IMG/VR virus record: IMGVR_UViG_3300009695_000004
Span: 1-64,000 of that record
Origin: a virus
Reading direction: 5' to 3' (one strand)
Length of the DNA: 64,000 bases
In this document: positions 43,960 to 52,062 of the stretch, one piece after another
Layout of the letters: every line of letters begins with the position of its first letter
Position numbering within the stretch: the stretch's first letter is position 1
Translations under genes and position numbers: made by a program
The notes under the pieces: generated by a model
The model's database searches: none
What the model was told of the DNA's origin: nothing
The model's input: only the letters and a program-made list of their open reading frames with translations

Positions 43960-45000
43960 TCCGTAACAATAATTTAAACATTATTTTCATAAATCCATCC
44001 TCCAATTTAAACATATTTTATAAATTCAAAACCTCAAATTCCTACAAAAATTCCTCAAATCCTAACCTTCCATCGCAAATAATACGAATCTAACAATCAA
44101 TTTCCTTCCTCTTTCTTCCAATATCTCACAAATTCATCTCAACAAAATTCAATTCCGTTATCCCCTATCGTAAACACTATCGTATTACCTTCAAAATCCC
44201 TTCCCAAATCTCATCAAAACTCACATAATATCACCTAATATATCCCATATCTCACTCAATCTCATACAATTCTACCTCATTCTCATCTGATCTCATAACG
44301 GTCAATATACTAAAACAATCCCAAACCCTATCACGGGGAGTACATTTACTTCAGAAATTATATCTTCCATATATACCCTACTACCTTCTAAAATTCACTA
44401 CACTAAATTCTCTATCTCACAGCAACAAAATCATATCCTTTTCATTAAGTTTCACAACCAATACTATCATACCTATTCGCAACTTCTAATCAACCTATAC
44501 TAAAATAAGCCACTTTATTAGTACAATTTCATCACACTGCTATTGGAGGGGCATACACTTACATCTCAACTACAATTCTCCATACCCTACCTATACCTTC
44601 CTAAAAAACATCACATCTTCTATCCCCCCTACTCCAACTCAACAAAACAACACCAATTTCCTCTCAAATTTTCACTAACCCAATTCTACCTATTCCATAG
44701 AACTATTTAATCCTGCTCTAAATAACCTACTTTTTTAGGACAATTCTATATCCTGAACCTGTCTCTACTAATATACTACATTCGGCAGCAATAATAAATC
44801 TACATCCTAATATCCTCTGGACTATATCTAAATAACATAAAATTCTTCCTAACAAAATAACTCCATTCTCATACCCTACACTAAATCAATCAAAATCACC
44901 TCTAAAAACGATTCTACCTCCTAGCCATACAAATATACTCCTAACCCTACTTTCGTTTAACCTTGCTCTAAATATAGCTACGTTTATAAGGATATTCTTT
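43960..45000. other. G-depleted (top strand) tract of degenerate 200-250-bp repeats
   Basis: I counted roughly 45 G in about 1040 nt, with abundant C. Several 60-nt lines have no G at all. Recurrent units include CTCTAAATAACCTACTTTTTTAGGACAATTC (44716) versus CTCTAAATATAGCTACGTTTATAAGGATATTC (44966), and ATACCCTAC at 44375, 44583 and 44870. No ORFs. Confidence 0.8.
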
Positions 45001-45022
45001 ACTAGAAATATATTTTACTATT

Positions 45023-45041
45023 ACAATCAGAATATAATATA
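45023..45041 (+). promoter_or_regulatory. phage promoter-like motif (rightward arm entry)
   Basis: ACAATCAGAATATAATATA. Confidence 0.5.
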
Positions 45042-45057
45042 TATTTATGAATACCTA

Positions 45058-45086
45058 TTGACAATACGAATATAATATAATATACT
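45058..45086 (+). promoter_or_regulatory. sigma-A consensus promoter with phage motif in spacer
   Basis: TTGACA, the 17-nt spacer ATACGAATATAATATAA, then TATACT. A roughly 190-nt leader runs to the rep ATG. Confidence 0.6.
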
Positions 45087-45282
45087 TATGAGTGATATAG
45101 AAAATACATTACAGAACATAGCAGAGAAAGGCGAACGCCGTCTGAGTGTTGCAAGAATAACATTACTATACATAAGAAAGGAGGAAACTAATAAGAAAAC
45201 AAAAACATTACGCTCACGACTTCAGGCGTGAAAAGAGTTACTTCAGTAACGATACTATTAGAACAACAGAAAGGAGGATCAT

Positions 45283-45726
45283 ATGAAGAAAGAACCAATA
45301 GAACATAAACCTACTCTAAAGGAAATACTACTTGACGATAGTAATGGATTCATACCACTACCAAGACAATTAATTACCATCCTAGGATTCAATGCAACAG
45401 GCTTACTAGTAGAACTATATGATAGATATGATTACTATAGTTCACAGCAATCACTAAATACCTATGGAGAATTTTTCTATACAGTCAATGATATTGAAAT
45501 CAATACAGGACTATCGAGGAGAGAACAAACCACATCTATCAAAATACTAAAGGAATACAATTTCATAGAAAGAATTATATCACGCGATATGCCACCAAAA
45601 AGATATTTCCTCATGAATAGTAATATCACACACCTCCTAAAGAATATCTATAAGAAAGCAGAAGAGAAGAAATCTAACATCATCGAAAGAAACAAAACTG
45701 AAATAGAACGAATGTTAGGAACATAA
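45283..45726 (+). CDS. winged-helix replication initiator-like protein (RepA_N/DnaD-like)
   Basis: IPLPRQLITILGFNATGLLVELYDRYDYYS...FYTVNDIEINTGLSRREQTTSIKILKEYNFIERI resembles RepA_N initiators of Firmicutes plasmids. GAAAGGAGG RBS. Iterons and palindromes lie immediately downstream. Confidence 0.45.
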   Translation: MKKEPIEHKPTLKEILLDDSNGFIPLPRQLITILGFNATGLLVELYDRYDYYSSQQSLNTYGEFFYTVNDIEINTGLSRREQTTSIKILKEYNFIERIISRDMPPKRYFLMNSNITHLLKNIYKKAEEKKSNIIERNKTEIERMLGT

Positions 45727-45780
45727 TTTCCCATATATTTCCCAGAAAAGCACATGTCTTCGGAATATAGTTTTTGATTA

Positions 45781-45828
45781 TAGTTATTGATATATAGTTA
45801 TTAGTAATAGTTATTAGTATTAGTTATT
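45781..45828 (+). repeat. four TAGTTATT iterons at 13-14 bp spacing
   Basis: Copies at 45781, 45795, 45808 and 45821. Confidence 0.75.
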
Positions 45829-45834
45829 AATAGC

Positions 45835-45937
45835 AGTGCGTTTCGCACTAATTAATTGGTACGTTTCGTGCGTTATTTACGTGCGTTTCGCACTAATCAT
45901 ACGTGCATATCGCACTAATCTTACGTACGTTTCGTAC
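45835..45937. repeat. five phased 13-15-bp palindromes GTRCGTTTCGYAC (operator/iteron/centromere-like)
   Basis: AGTGCGTTTCGCACT at 45835-49, GTACGTTTCGTGC at 45859-72, GTGCGTTTCGCAC at 45881-93, GTGCATATCGCAC at 45903-15, GTACGTTTCGTAC at 45925-37. Centres are 21-24 bp apart. Confidence 0.8.
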
Positions 45938-46091
45938 CAATTGGACTCCCTAGAGGGCTAAGAGGATATAGGTTGAAGAAATAAGGCTATGACTAAGAGC
46001 TTGTAAATGAAATATTACATAAAAATTAAGAAGACCTCTATAAAGATTATTAGAATTATAGACAAATTATATAACAATGAATAAGTATTAA

Positions 46092-46409
46092 TTATATTCA
46101 TGTTGTAATTGCAGAGCTACTAATGCATATGGTGAGAAATCTGCTATAGCATATCTACTTAACAGATTCTTAAATCCACTTGATAAAGGATTCTTTGAAG
46201 ATAAAGGTATTTCTATTGATGAAGATTTATGGGCTTTGAGTGAACTCATACAATTCATCTGGAGAAGTAGGATCAGAAATGATAAAAGTATTAATATTTA
46301 TATCCCAAATAGTCGTATGAGAATGCTGTTTAAAAATTACCTTGAAAATAACCTTGGGAAATCAGAAGTCCCAAATCAATTTTTAGATGGCTCAACCATG
46401 CGTGTTTGA
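46092..46409 (+). pseudogene. start-less C-terminal gene fragment (helicase-like C-terminus?)
   Basis: An open frame from the TAA at 46089 to the TGA at 46407-09 has no usable start. It reads ...AYGEKSAIAYLLNRFLNPLDKGFFEDKGISIDEDLWALSELIQFIWRSRIRNDKSINIYIPNSRMRMLFKNYLENN... The composition is protein-like. The family assignment is from memory only. Confidence 0.45.
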
Positions 46410-46587
46410 AGGGTGTACCCCTTAAAAGAAAATTTTATATAAAAAGAGAGTAAAAGAGAGGTTAAATTGACTATAATTTATTACTATTTTCTATAGATTA
46501 TTGCAGAGAAAGGAGAACATAATTGAAGGGCATAATTATCTTCTCTACGACTTACGTCGAACTTGTATAAATATATTTAACTTCTTA

Positions 46588-46616
46588 TTGACAATTCAAA
46601 AGTAATATGATATAGT
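46588..46616 (+). promoter_or_regulatory. sigma-A consensus promoter with phage motif in spacer
   Basis: TTGACA, the 17-nt spacer ATTCAAAAGTAATATGA, then TATAGT. Confidence 0.6.
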
Positions 46617-46644
46617 TATAGTAATAGGTTTATTTTACTTCTAC

Positions 46645-46663
46645 ACAATTCAAATATAATATA
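46645..46663 (+). promoter_or_regulatory. phage promoter-like motif (perfect)
   Basis: ACAATTCAAATATAATATA. Confidence 0.55.
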
Positions 46664-46744
46664 TGAAAAGAAGTAATCAGAAGCTATCATGAATCTGTCC
46701 GAAGTATTTGGGGAAAGTGTGTTCGTATAAAGGAGGTAGTATTA

Positions 46745-46921
46745 ATGAAATGTCCATCATGTAATAAAGAAATGAAGCAAATAGCAGTAGATACTTTTTC
46801 TTTTGAAAATTCTATGGTAATGGCAGAAGAATGTTGGTGTGAATGTGGAGTTGTATATCAGTTCTCATGCGGAGCAGAAAGATATATGAAAGATGGAGAA
46901 GAAATTAATTTCAACTTATGA
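46745..46921 (+). CDS. hypothetical Zn-ribbon protein (58 aa), not in ORF track
   Basis: ATG after AAAGGAGGTAGTATTA. Reads MKCPSCNKEMKQIAVDTFSFENSMVMAEECWCECGVVYQFSCGAERYMKDGEEINFNL. Confidence 0.55.
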   Translation: MKCPSCNKEMKQIAVDTFSFENSMVMAEECWCECGVVYQFSCGAERYMKDGEEINFNL

Positions 46922-46938
46922 AAGGAGGAAATATCAAT

Positions 46939-47100
46939 TTGAATATAATAATGTTTCTCACAGGTATAACAATAGGAATGTTTTTAATTCCAATAATTAA
47001 AGAAGTTAAGTATCACATTGATTTTAAATTTAGCATTATAAAAGATCCAGTAGAATTTATCAAAGATGTACTAGATAGAACATTTACTGGAGGTTATTAA
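46939..47100 (+). CDS. small membrane protein (53 aa)
   Basis: ORF track frame. The TTG at 46939 lies 9 nt after GGAGGA. TM segment IIMFLTGITIGMFLIPII. The track start is ATG 46918. Confidence 0.5.
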   Translation: MNIIMFLTGITIGMFLIPIIKEVKYHIDFKFSIIKDPVEFIKDVLDRTFTGGY

Positions 47101-47123
47101 TAAATAATATTAAGGAGGAAATT

Positions 47124-47255
47124 ATGAACCAAAACGAACTAATAGAGAAAATTATTTACTGGATATATGACGAAAGAGTTGAATTAACCGATCCAGAGAA
47201 AACCATCAGACAAATTAAAACTAAATTGAAGGAGGACAAGCATGTTAAATTATAA
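47124..47255 (+). CDS. hypothetical protein (43 aa), not in ORF track
   Basis: ATG after AAGGAGGAAATT. Reads MNQNELIEKIIYWIYDERVELTDPEKTIRQIKTKLKEDKHVKL. Confidence 0.5.
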   Translation: MNQNELIEKIIYWIYDERVELTDPEKTIRQIKTKLKEDKHVKL

Positions 47256-47745
47256 AACAGAATTTGTCGTTAAATTTGAAAAAGATTACAATGGTAAAAC
47301 ATATAACGTTGAGGATAATTATTTAAGTTGCAGAAATAAATCTAAAATATGGAGATATGACTCATCCACCCTAGTATTCGAATCATCCAGAAGACCTAAA
47401 CTTAAGAAAATTGACAAGCTCACAGGTAAAGTAATATTCGATCACACATACTTATTTCTAGAAGTAATCGATACAGATGCAGAACGTTTAATCTACTTTA
47501 AAGAAGAGAATTTTGATTTAGTAAAAGACCTATTTAAAGTTCGTGTTAGACGTAAAATGTCAGAGGAACAGAAAGTTGCTGCCAGAAAGAGATTACAAGA
47601 ATATAGAAATAATATAGGAATTACTGCTGATATTACCGAGGAAGATTTAGAAGAAGAAATTAATAATATCGAAGAACTTAATGATAACAATGATGAGGAA
47701 ATGGATATTGAGGGTGAGATAGAAACGGAAGAGTTTGAAGATTAA
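47242..47745 (+). CDS. hypothetical protein with acidic C-terminal tail (167 aa)
   Basis: ORF track; GAAGGAGG RBS. Confidence 0.6.
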   Translation: MLNYKTEFVVKFEKDYNGKTYNVEDNYLSCRNKSKIWRYDSSTLVFESSRRPKLKKIDKLTGKVIFDHTYLFLEVIDTDAERLIYFKEENFDLVKDLFKVRVRRKMSEEQKVAARKRLQEYRNNIGITADITEEDLEEEINNIEELNDNNDEEMDIEGEIETEEFED

Positions 47746-47887
47746 AAATGTGCTAAAAACCAACTGTTTGAACGTCAGAATCGTCCAAGCTAGTAGTTAA
47801 GGTACATTTGTATTCCTAACAAATTTAAAACGAATTATGCCCTATTTTATGTTCGGTAGACACAAATAAAATTTAAGGAGGATTATT

Positions 47888-48205
47888 ATGGAAAATGATA
47901 ATTTAATATTTAAAACAAAGATATGGAGATGTGGATGTCTGGAAGTTAAGTTATATTTATTGGAAAGAGGTTATTGTGGCATTTCATTTCCTCAGTATTT
48001 AGAGAAAGAGAAATGTATTAAGTTGATTAGTGAAAGTAAATATGAGGTTGAGAGTGTTGTAGATTGTACGGATATATTTAGAAAGGAAGAAAGATTGACG
48101 TTTAAGGTTGTTGTGAATATTGTTGGTGTCGATGGGAATTGGGAATGTATTTCTGAAGAATGTGACGTAGATGAAGGGGACGAGGTATGCGAAGACAGAA
48201 ATTAA
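47888..48205 (+). CDS. hypothetical Cys-rich acidic protein (105 aa)
   Basis: ORF track; AAGGAGG RBS. Confidence 0.55.
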   Translation: MENDNLIFKTKIWRCGCLEVKLYLLERGYCGISFPQYLEKEKCIKLISESKYEVESVVDCTDIFRKEERLTFKVVVNIVGVDGNWECISEECDVDEGDEVCEDRN

Positions 48206-48348
48206 AGGATGATTTTGAGGGATATTGGTGTGAATATGAGTTGGCTGAGGATATCAATTTTTATGAAAAAGAATATATGGAAACGATGAGGGATTATATT
48301 GAATTTTATGAGTTGCAAAGTTGGGAAGAAATGCTGGTTCGGAATTAG
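48187..48348 (+). CDS. hypothetical acidic protein (53 aa), not in ORF track
   Basis: ATG at 48187. Reads MRRQKLKDDFEGYWCEYELAEDINFYEKEYMETMRDYIEFYELQSWEEMLVRN. Ends 3 nt before the promoter motif at 48352. Confidence 0.45.
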   Translation: MRRQKLKDDFEGYWCEYELAEDINFYEKEYMETMRDYIEFYELQSWEEMLVRN

Positions 48349-48351
48349 GCG

Positions 48352-48370
48352 ACAAATCGAATATAATATA
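48352..48370 (+). promoter_or_regulatory. phage promoter-like motif
   Basis: ACAAATCGAATATAATATA, 21 nt before the TTG at 48392. Confidence 0.55.
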
Positions 48371-48391
48371 TACAGAGGAGGAATAGTATAT

Positions 48392-49120
48392 TTGGAGGAA
48401 AGATATGGTGTAATATATAAAATTACAAATATCCTTAATGACAAAGTTTATATAGGACAAACAATTAAGAGAGGCGGATTTGACTCTAGATATCATGGAA
48501 GCGTCGAGAAGACACACAACTCTCACCTAAGAAGGTCTATAGAAAAATATGGCAAAGAAAATTTTGAAATAGATAAAGAATTATACATAGCTTATTCTAA
48601 AGATGAACTCAACAATAAAGAGTTAGAATTTATAAAATTATATAAAAGTAATGATTATAATTATGGATATAACATAAAAGTTGGAGGAGACAACATAGGC
48701 AAAATTGAAGGTAAAAATAGAGCTGATATATTATTAAGACAAGGGAGCTGCATTATATGTAGGACTACCTATGAGATATTTTTATCCTTTACGGATGCGA
48801 GTGAAAAATATAATATAGGAACTGAACAAATAAGGAAACAATGCAATGGGCTCACTAATTTTAGAAAAGAAACTTTTTATAACAAAGAACTTAATACGTT
48901 TTTAGAATTCGAATATTATGATCATGTCAAAAAGGGAATTAGAAAACCAGTCATTTGTTGTAATACTAAGGAAATATTTAAAAATTGCAAATGTATTTCT
49001 GAAAAATATGATTTCATAATTAGAGAAAGTCTTAGGAGTGCATTATATCGTAGTCAAAAATATGAAAAGAATGGACTTGAATTTATGTATTTATATCATT
49101 GGGTGATTGAAAACTATTAG
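48392..49120 (+). CDS. GIY-YIG homing endonuclease
   Basis: N-terminal YGVIYKITNILNDKVYIGQT...R...YGKENF...E is GIY-YIG. The TTG at 48392 lies 9 nt after GGAGGA. The track N-terminal extension from 48299 overlaps the promoter motif and another ORF. Confidence 0.75.
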   Translation: MEERYGVIYKITNILNDKVYIGQTIKRGGFDSRYHGSVEKTHNSHLRRSIEKYGKENFEIDKELYIAYSKDELNNKELEFIKLYKSNDYNYGYNIKVGGDNIGKIEGKNRADILLRQGSCIICRTTYEIFLSFTDASEKYNIGTEQIRKQCNGLTNFRKETFYNKELNTFLEFEYYDHVKKGIRKPVICCNTKEIFKNCKCISEKYDFIIRESLRSALYRSQKYEKNGLEFMYLYHWVIENY

Positions 49121-49121
49121 T

Positions 49122-49140
49122 ACAATTCGAATATAACATA
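49122..49140 (+). promoter_or_regulatory. phage promoter-like motif
   Basis: ACAATTCGAATATAACATA, 24 nt before the start at 49165. Confidence 0.5.
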
Positions 49141-49164
49141 AGTATTGGAGGGATTATTATAGCA

Positions 49165-51786
49165 TTGAATAAGCAAATTCATATATATAGTGTAGATACT
49201 AGTGCGTTTTATAACGAAGCCGAAATGATAATCCATAGAAGATTAAGCAAATTGTATTCCTATAAAAAAGAGTTGATTCGCAAACGAGATAAATTTAAAG
49301 TTGTATTTGTTAATGAAAAATGGAAAATAAATATAAAAAAGCGTATCAGACAGTCTAGTTTGGCAATTAAAAATACAAAGCAAGGTTTATATGTAAAATT
49401 TGGAGAAAATATTGGTATAAGAAATCTCAATGAAAAATCTTTAAATAAATATAATATAATTTCAATGTTCGACTCCAGTTTAACTAGATTAATGAAAATA
49501 CCAATAAATACTATTACAGAAGATATTATAGTTGTTCAAACATATTTCTTTGAAGTTATAAAAGATATTATTATAAATGGGTTTACCTCTAAAGGAGAAA
49601 GATATGTTTGCTTCACCGCTAGTGCAGGACAAATAAGAACAAAGAAAACTGTATTCATAAAAGAAAAAGTTCTGAAAGAACATATAAATGCTATTACCTG
49701 TGGACTGAGCCTAGAAGAGATAAACAGGCATGGAGGAGTTAATGTAAATAAATACTTAGCATACTTAGCCTTATGCAATTCAGCTACAGATGAATGGGAA
49801 GGATTTGATATAACTAAAACAATAGTTGTAGAAGATATGGATACCGAAGTTCCTGGAATTGTAGATTTTATTGATGATAAGACTTATGAAATTAAAAGAA
49901 CTCCTATGGAGATACCTATTTCACATACAGATGGGTGTGGGGTTATGTTGCCTAGCAAATATAAGAAGTCAAGAATGGCTAGACTACCCTGGATTAAAGG
50001 ACTTTTAGTCCCTATGCCCTTTGATAAGTTTATTCGTGAAAAATCTAAGGAAACAGGAGTATATTGTGGGATAATACAAGATATTTATGGAAAAGAACAT
50101 GATATTCTAAAAGAAAAAATTGAAGTTATATTTACCAGAAGTCAATTTAAGATGGCGAAGTATTATGATTCGTGGGAACAATATAAAGAGAACTTTATTA
50201 AATTTGGTTGTCAATCATGTAAATGTAATGAGGAAGAAGATATTTTCAGTGAGGCTAAATTGAATTACCAGATGCTACAAACCTTAATAGATATGGAGGT
50301 TCATGAATTAAAGCCTGTTATTAAAAAAACTAAATACAATATCATAAATATTGGCAAAGATAGAAAAACAATGTTGAAGGTGTTGGGTGTTGTGGCATCT
50401 AATATAAATAAGAACTATATTCAACAAGCATTAGAGATATATCCTGAATTATTGAATGATACCTATAGTAAAGAAATATTAAAACAAGTTAAAAAGAGTT
50501 TAGTTAAAGAAGGAAGATCTGGTAAATTAGATTTAGGCAAAAACGGAATATATACTTTTATCATTCCAGATTTATATGCTTTCTGTGAATATCTATTTCT
50601 TGGAATTAAAAATCCGGAAGGAATACTTAAGAGTACAGATGTTTATTGCAGTCTTTATAAAGATTCTCCTAAGTTGGACTGTCTAAGATCTCCTCATTTA
50701 TTTTTAGAGCACGCAGTTAGAAACAATGTTATAGACAAAGAGAAAGATAGATGGTTTATTACAAGTGGACTATATACAAGCTGTCACGATATGATCAGTA
50801 AAGTGTTAATGTTTGACAATGATGGTGATAAATCCCTATTATGTGCAGACACTACTATAATTACAGTTGCTGAAAGGAATATGAAAGATATTGTTCCCTT
50901 GTATTATAATATGGCTAAAGCTCCTGCGAAAGAAATAAACAACGAGGTTATATATGAAGGATTAAAGGCAGCATATACGGGAGGTAACATAGGTTTATAT
51001 AGTAATAATATAACAAAGATATGGAATAGCGAGAATATTAACCTTGAAGCAGTAAAATTATTATGTATGGAAAATAACTTTACAATTGATTATGCTAAGA
51101 CATTGTACAAGCCTAAAAGACCATCTGATAAACAGGAGTTAATTACTAATTATACCAAATCTAAAGTTCCAAGATTCTTCATTTACGCAAAAGATAAAGA
51201 AAAGGATAAAGTTGAAAAGGCCAATAATAGTACAGTAAATAAATTACTAAAAATGATTCCAAACCCTAATATTAATTTTAAGAATATGAAGTTGGGTGAA
51301 TTTGATTTTAAAATGTTAATGAAGAATAATGATGTTGAATTAGATGAAGTTATTATTAAAAAATATACGAAATTGGATTTAAAGAAACATTTTATGTTGA
51401 GTTCACATGATGAAGAATCTAATAATATGTGTTATTTATATCAGGATATTAAAAATCAAATATTAGAAGTTAATAGTGATATTAATTATGTAACAGATGT
51501 GTTGGTTAGGTATTTATATGAAGAAAAAAAATCTAGTTTCAAAACTACTTTATGGGAATGTTTTGGAGATATTATGGTTAAAAATTTAAAAAGGAATATT
51601 CCTAATGGTTTTGAAGATGGGTATATGTTGTGTGAAATATGTGGGGATAGAATTGAAGATAGTTGCAGCACTAAAAAATATTGTGAAAAATGTGCCAAAG
51701 AACAATGGAAAGAGCAAGTTAAACTAAATATGAGAGAATATCGTAAGAGAATCGTTATAAAACGAACCGAGTCTGTTAACCCTTGA
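49165..51786 (+). CDS. YonO-like single-subunit two-barrel RNA polymerase (RdRP/beta-prime-like DxDGD motif)
   Basis: MFDNDGDKS (D-N-D-G-D at 50815-50829) matches the universal Mg-binding DxDGD/NADFDGD motif. FTASAGQIRTKKTVF (49612-) resembles the SQLR-type motif of the RdRP/YonO family. At 873 aa it is similar in size to SPbeta YonO. C-terminal Zn ribbon CEICGD...CEKC. Confidence 0.6.
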   Translation: MNKQIHIYSVDTSAFYNEAEMIIHRRLSKLYSYKKELIRKRDKFKVVFVNEKWKINIKKRIRQSSLAIKNTKQGLYVKFGENIGIRNLNEKSLNKYNIISMFDSSLTRLMKIPINTITEDIIVVQTYFFEVIKDIIINGFTSKGERYVCFTASAGQIRTKKTVFIKEKVLKEHINAITCGLSLEEINRHGGVNVNKYLAYLALCNSATDEWEGFDITKTIVVEDMDTEVPGIVDFIDDKTYEIKRTPMEIPISHTDGCGVMLPSKYKKSRMARLPWIKGLLVPMPFDKFIREKSKETGVYCGIIQDIYGKEHDILKEKIEVIFTRSQFKMAKYYDSWEQYKENFIKFGCQSCKCNEEEDIFSEAKLNYQMLQTLIDMEVHELKPVIKKTKYNIINIGKDRKTMLKVLGVVASNINKNYIQQALEIYPELLNDTYSKEILKQVKKSLVKEGRSGKLDLGKNGIYTFIIPDLYAFCEYLFLGIKNPEGILKSTDVYCSLYKDSPKLDCLRSPHLFLEHAVRNNVIDKEKDRWFITSGLYTSCHDMISKVLMFDNDGDKSLLCADTTIITVAERNMKDIVPLYYNMAKAPAKEINNEVIYEGLKAAYTGGNIGLYSNNITKIWNSENINLEAVKLLCMENNFTIDYAKTLYKPKRPSDKQELITNYTKSKVPRFFIYAKDKEKDKVEKANNSTVNKLLKMIPNPNINFKNMKLGEFDFKMLMKNNDVELDEVIIKKYTKLDLKKHFMLSSHDEESNNMCYLYQDIKNQILEVNSDINYVTDVLVRYLYEEKKSSFKTTLWECFGDIMVKNLKRNIPNGFEDGYMLCEICGDRIEDSCSTKKYCEKCAKEQWKEQVKLNMREYRKRIVIKRTESVNP

Positions 51787-51943
51787 TATGACTGGTTTGT
51801 AGGGATTTAAATTATTTATATTTTTATCAGTATGACTATAAACCTAGTGATATAGCCATTCTTATTAAAGTTGTTCAAAAACACGATAGTCTATAAAGGA
51901 GAATGAACTATATTTACACAAAAACAGAGATTTATTTTTCCCA

Positions 51944-51962
51944 ACAATTCTAAAATAATATG
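51944..51962 (+). promoter_or_regulatory. phage promoter-like motif (degenerate)
   Basis: ACAATTCTAAAATAATATG, followed by a hairpin (GTGGT 51965-69 pairing with ACCAC 51999-52003) and a T-run. Confidence 0.35.
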
Positions 51963-52017
51963 CGGTGGTTACATAGGGCGGAAATTCCTTCTGTCCTTAC
52001 CACATTATTTTTTAATA

Positions 52018-52036
52018 ACAATTCAAATATAATATA
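52018..52036 (+). promoter_or_regulatory. phage promoter-like motif (perfect)
   Basis: ACAATTCAAATATAATATA, 26 nt before the start at 52063. Confidence 0.55.
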
Positions 52037-52062
52037 TAAAAATTTATAGGACGAAAGGTTGA

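Noticed and set aside
45088-45231. 47-codon ORF (MSDIENTLQNIAEKGERRLSV...) in the rep leader
   Set aside because: The ATG lies 1-2 nt after the predicted -10 (TATACT, 45081-86), so it is probably upstream of the transcription start. No RBS is present.
48202-48526. Minus-strand ORFs 48202-48444 and 48254-48526, and the N-terminal extension (48299-48391) of the GIY-YIG ORF
   Set aside because: The region is better explained by a plus-strand 53-aa ORF (48187-48348), a promoter motif (48352-48370) and a GIY-YIG start at TTG 48392 with a GGAGGA RBS.
51910-51960. 16-codon ORF MNYIYTKTEIYFSQQF after AAAGGAGA
   Set aside because: The RBS-to-ATG spacing is about 1 nt, the ORF is very short, and it overlaps a promoter-motif copy.
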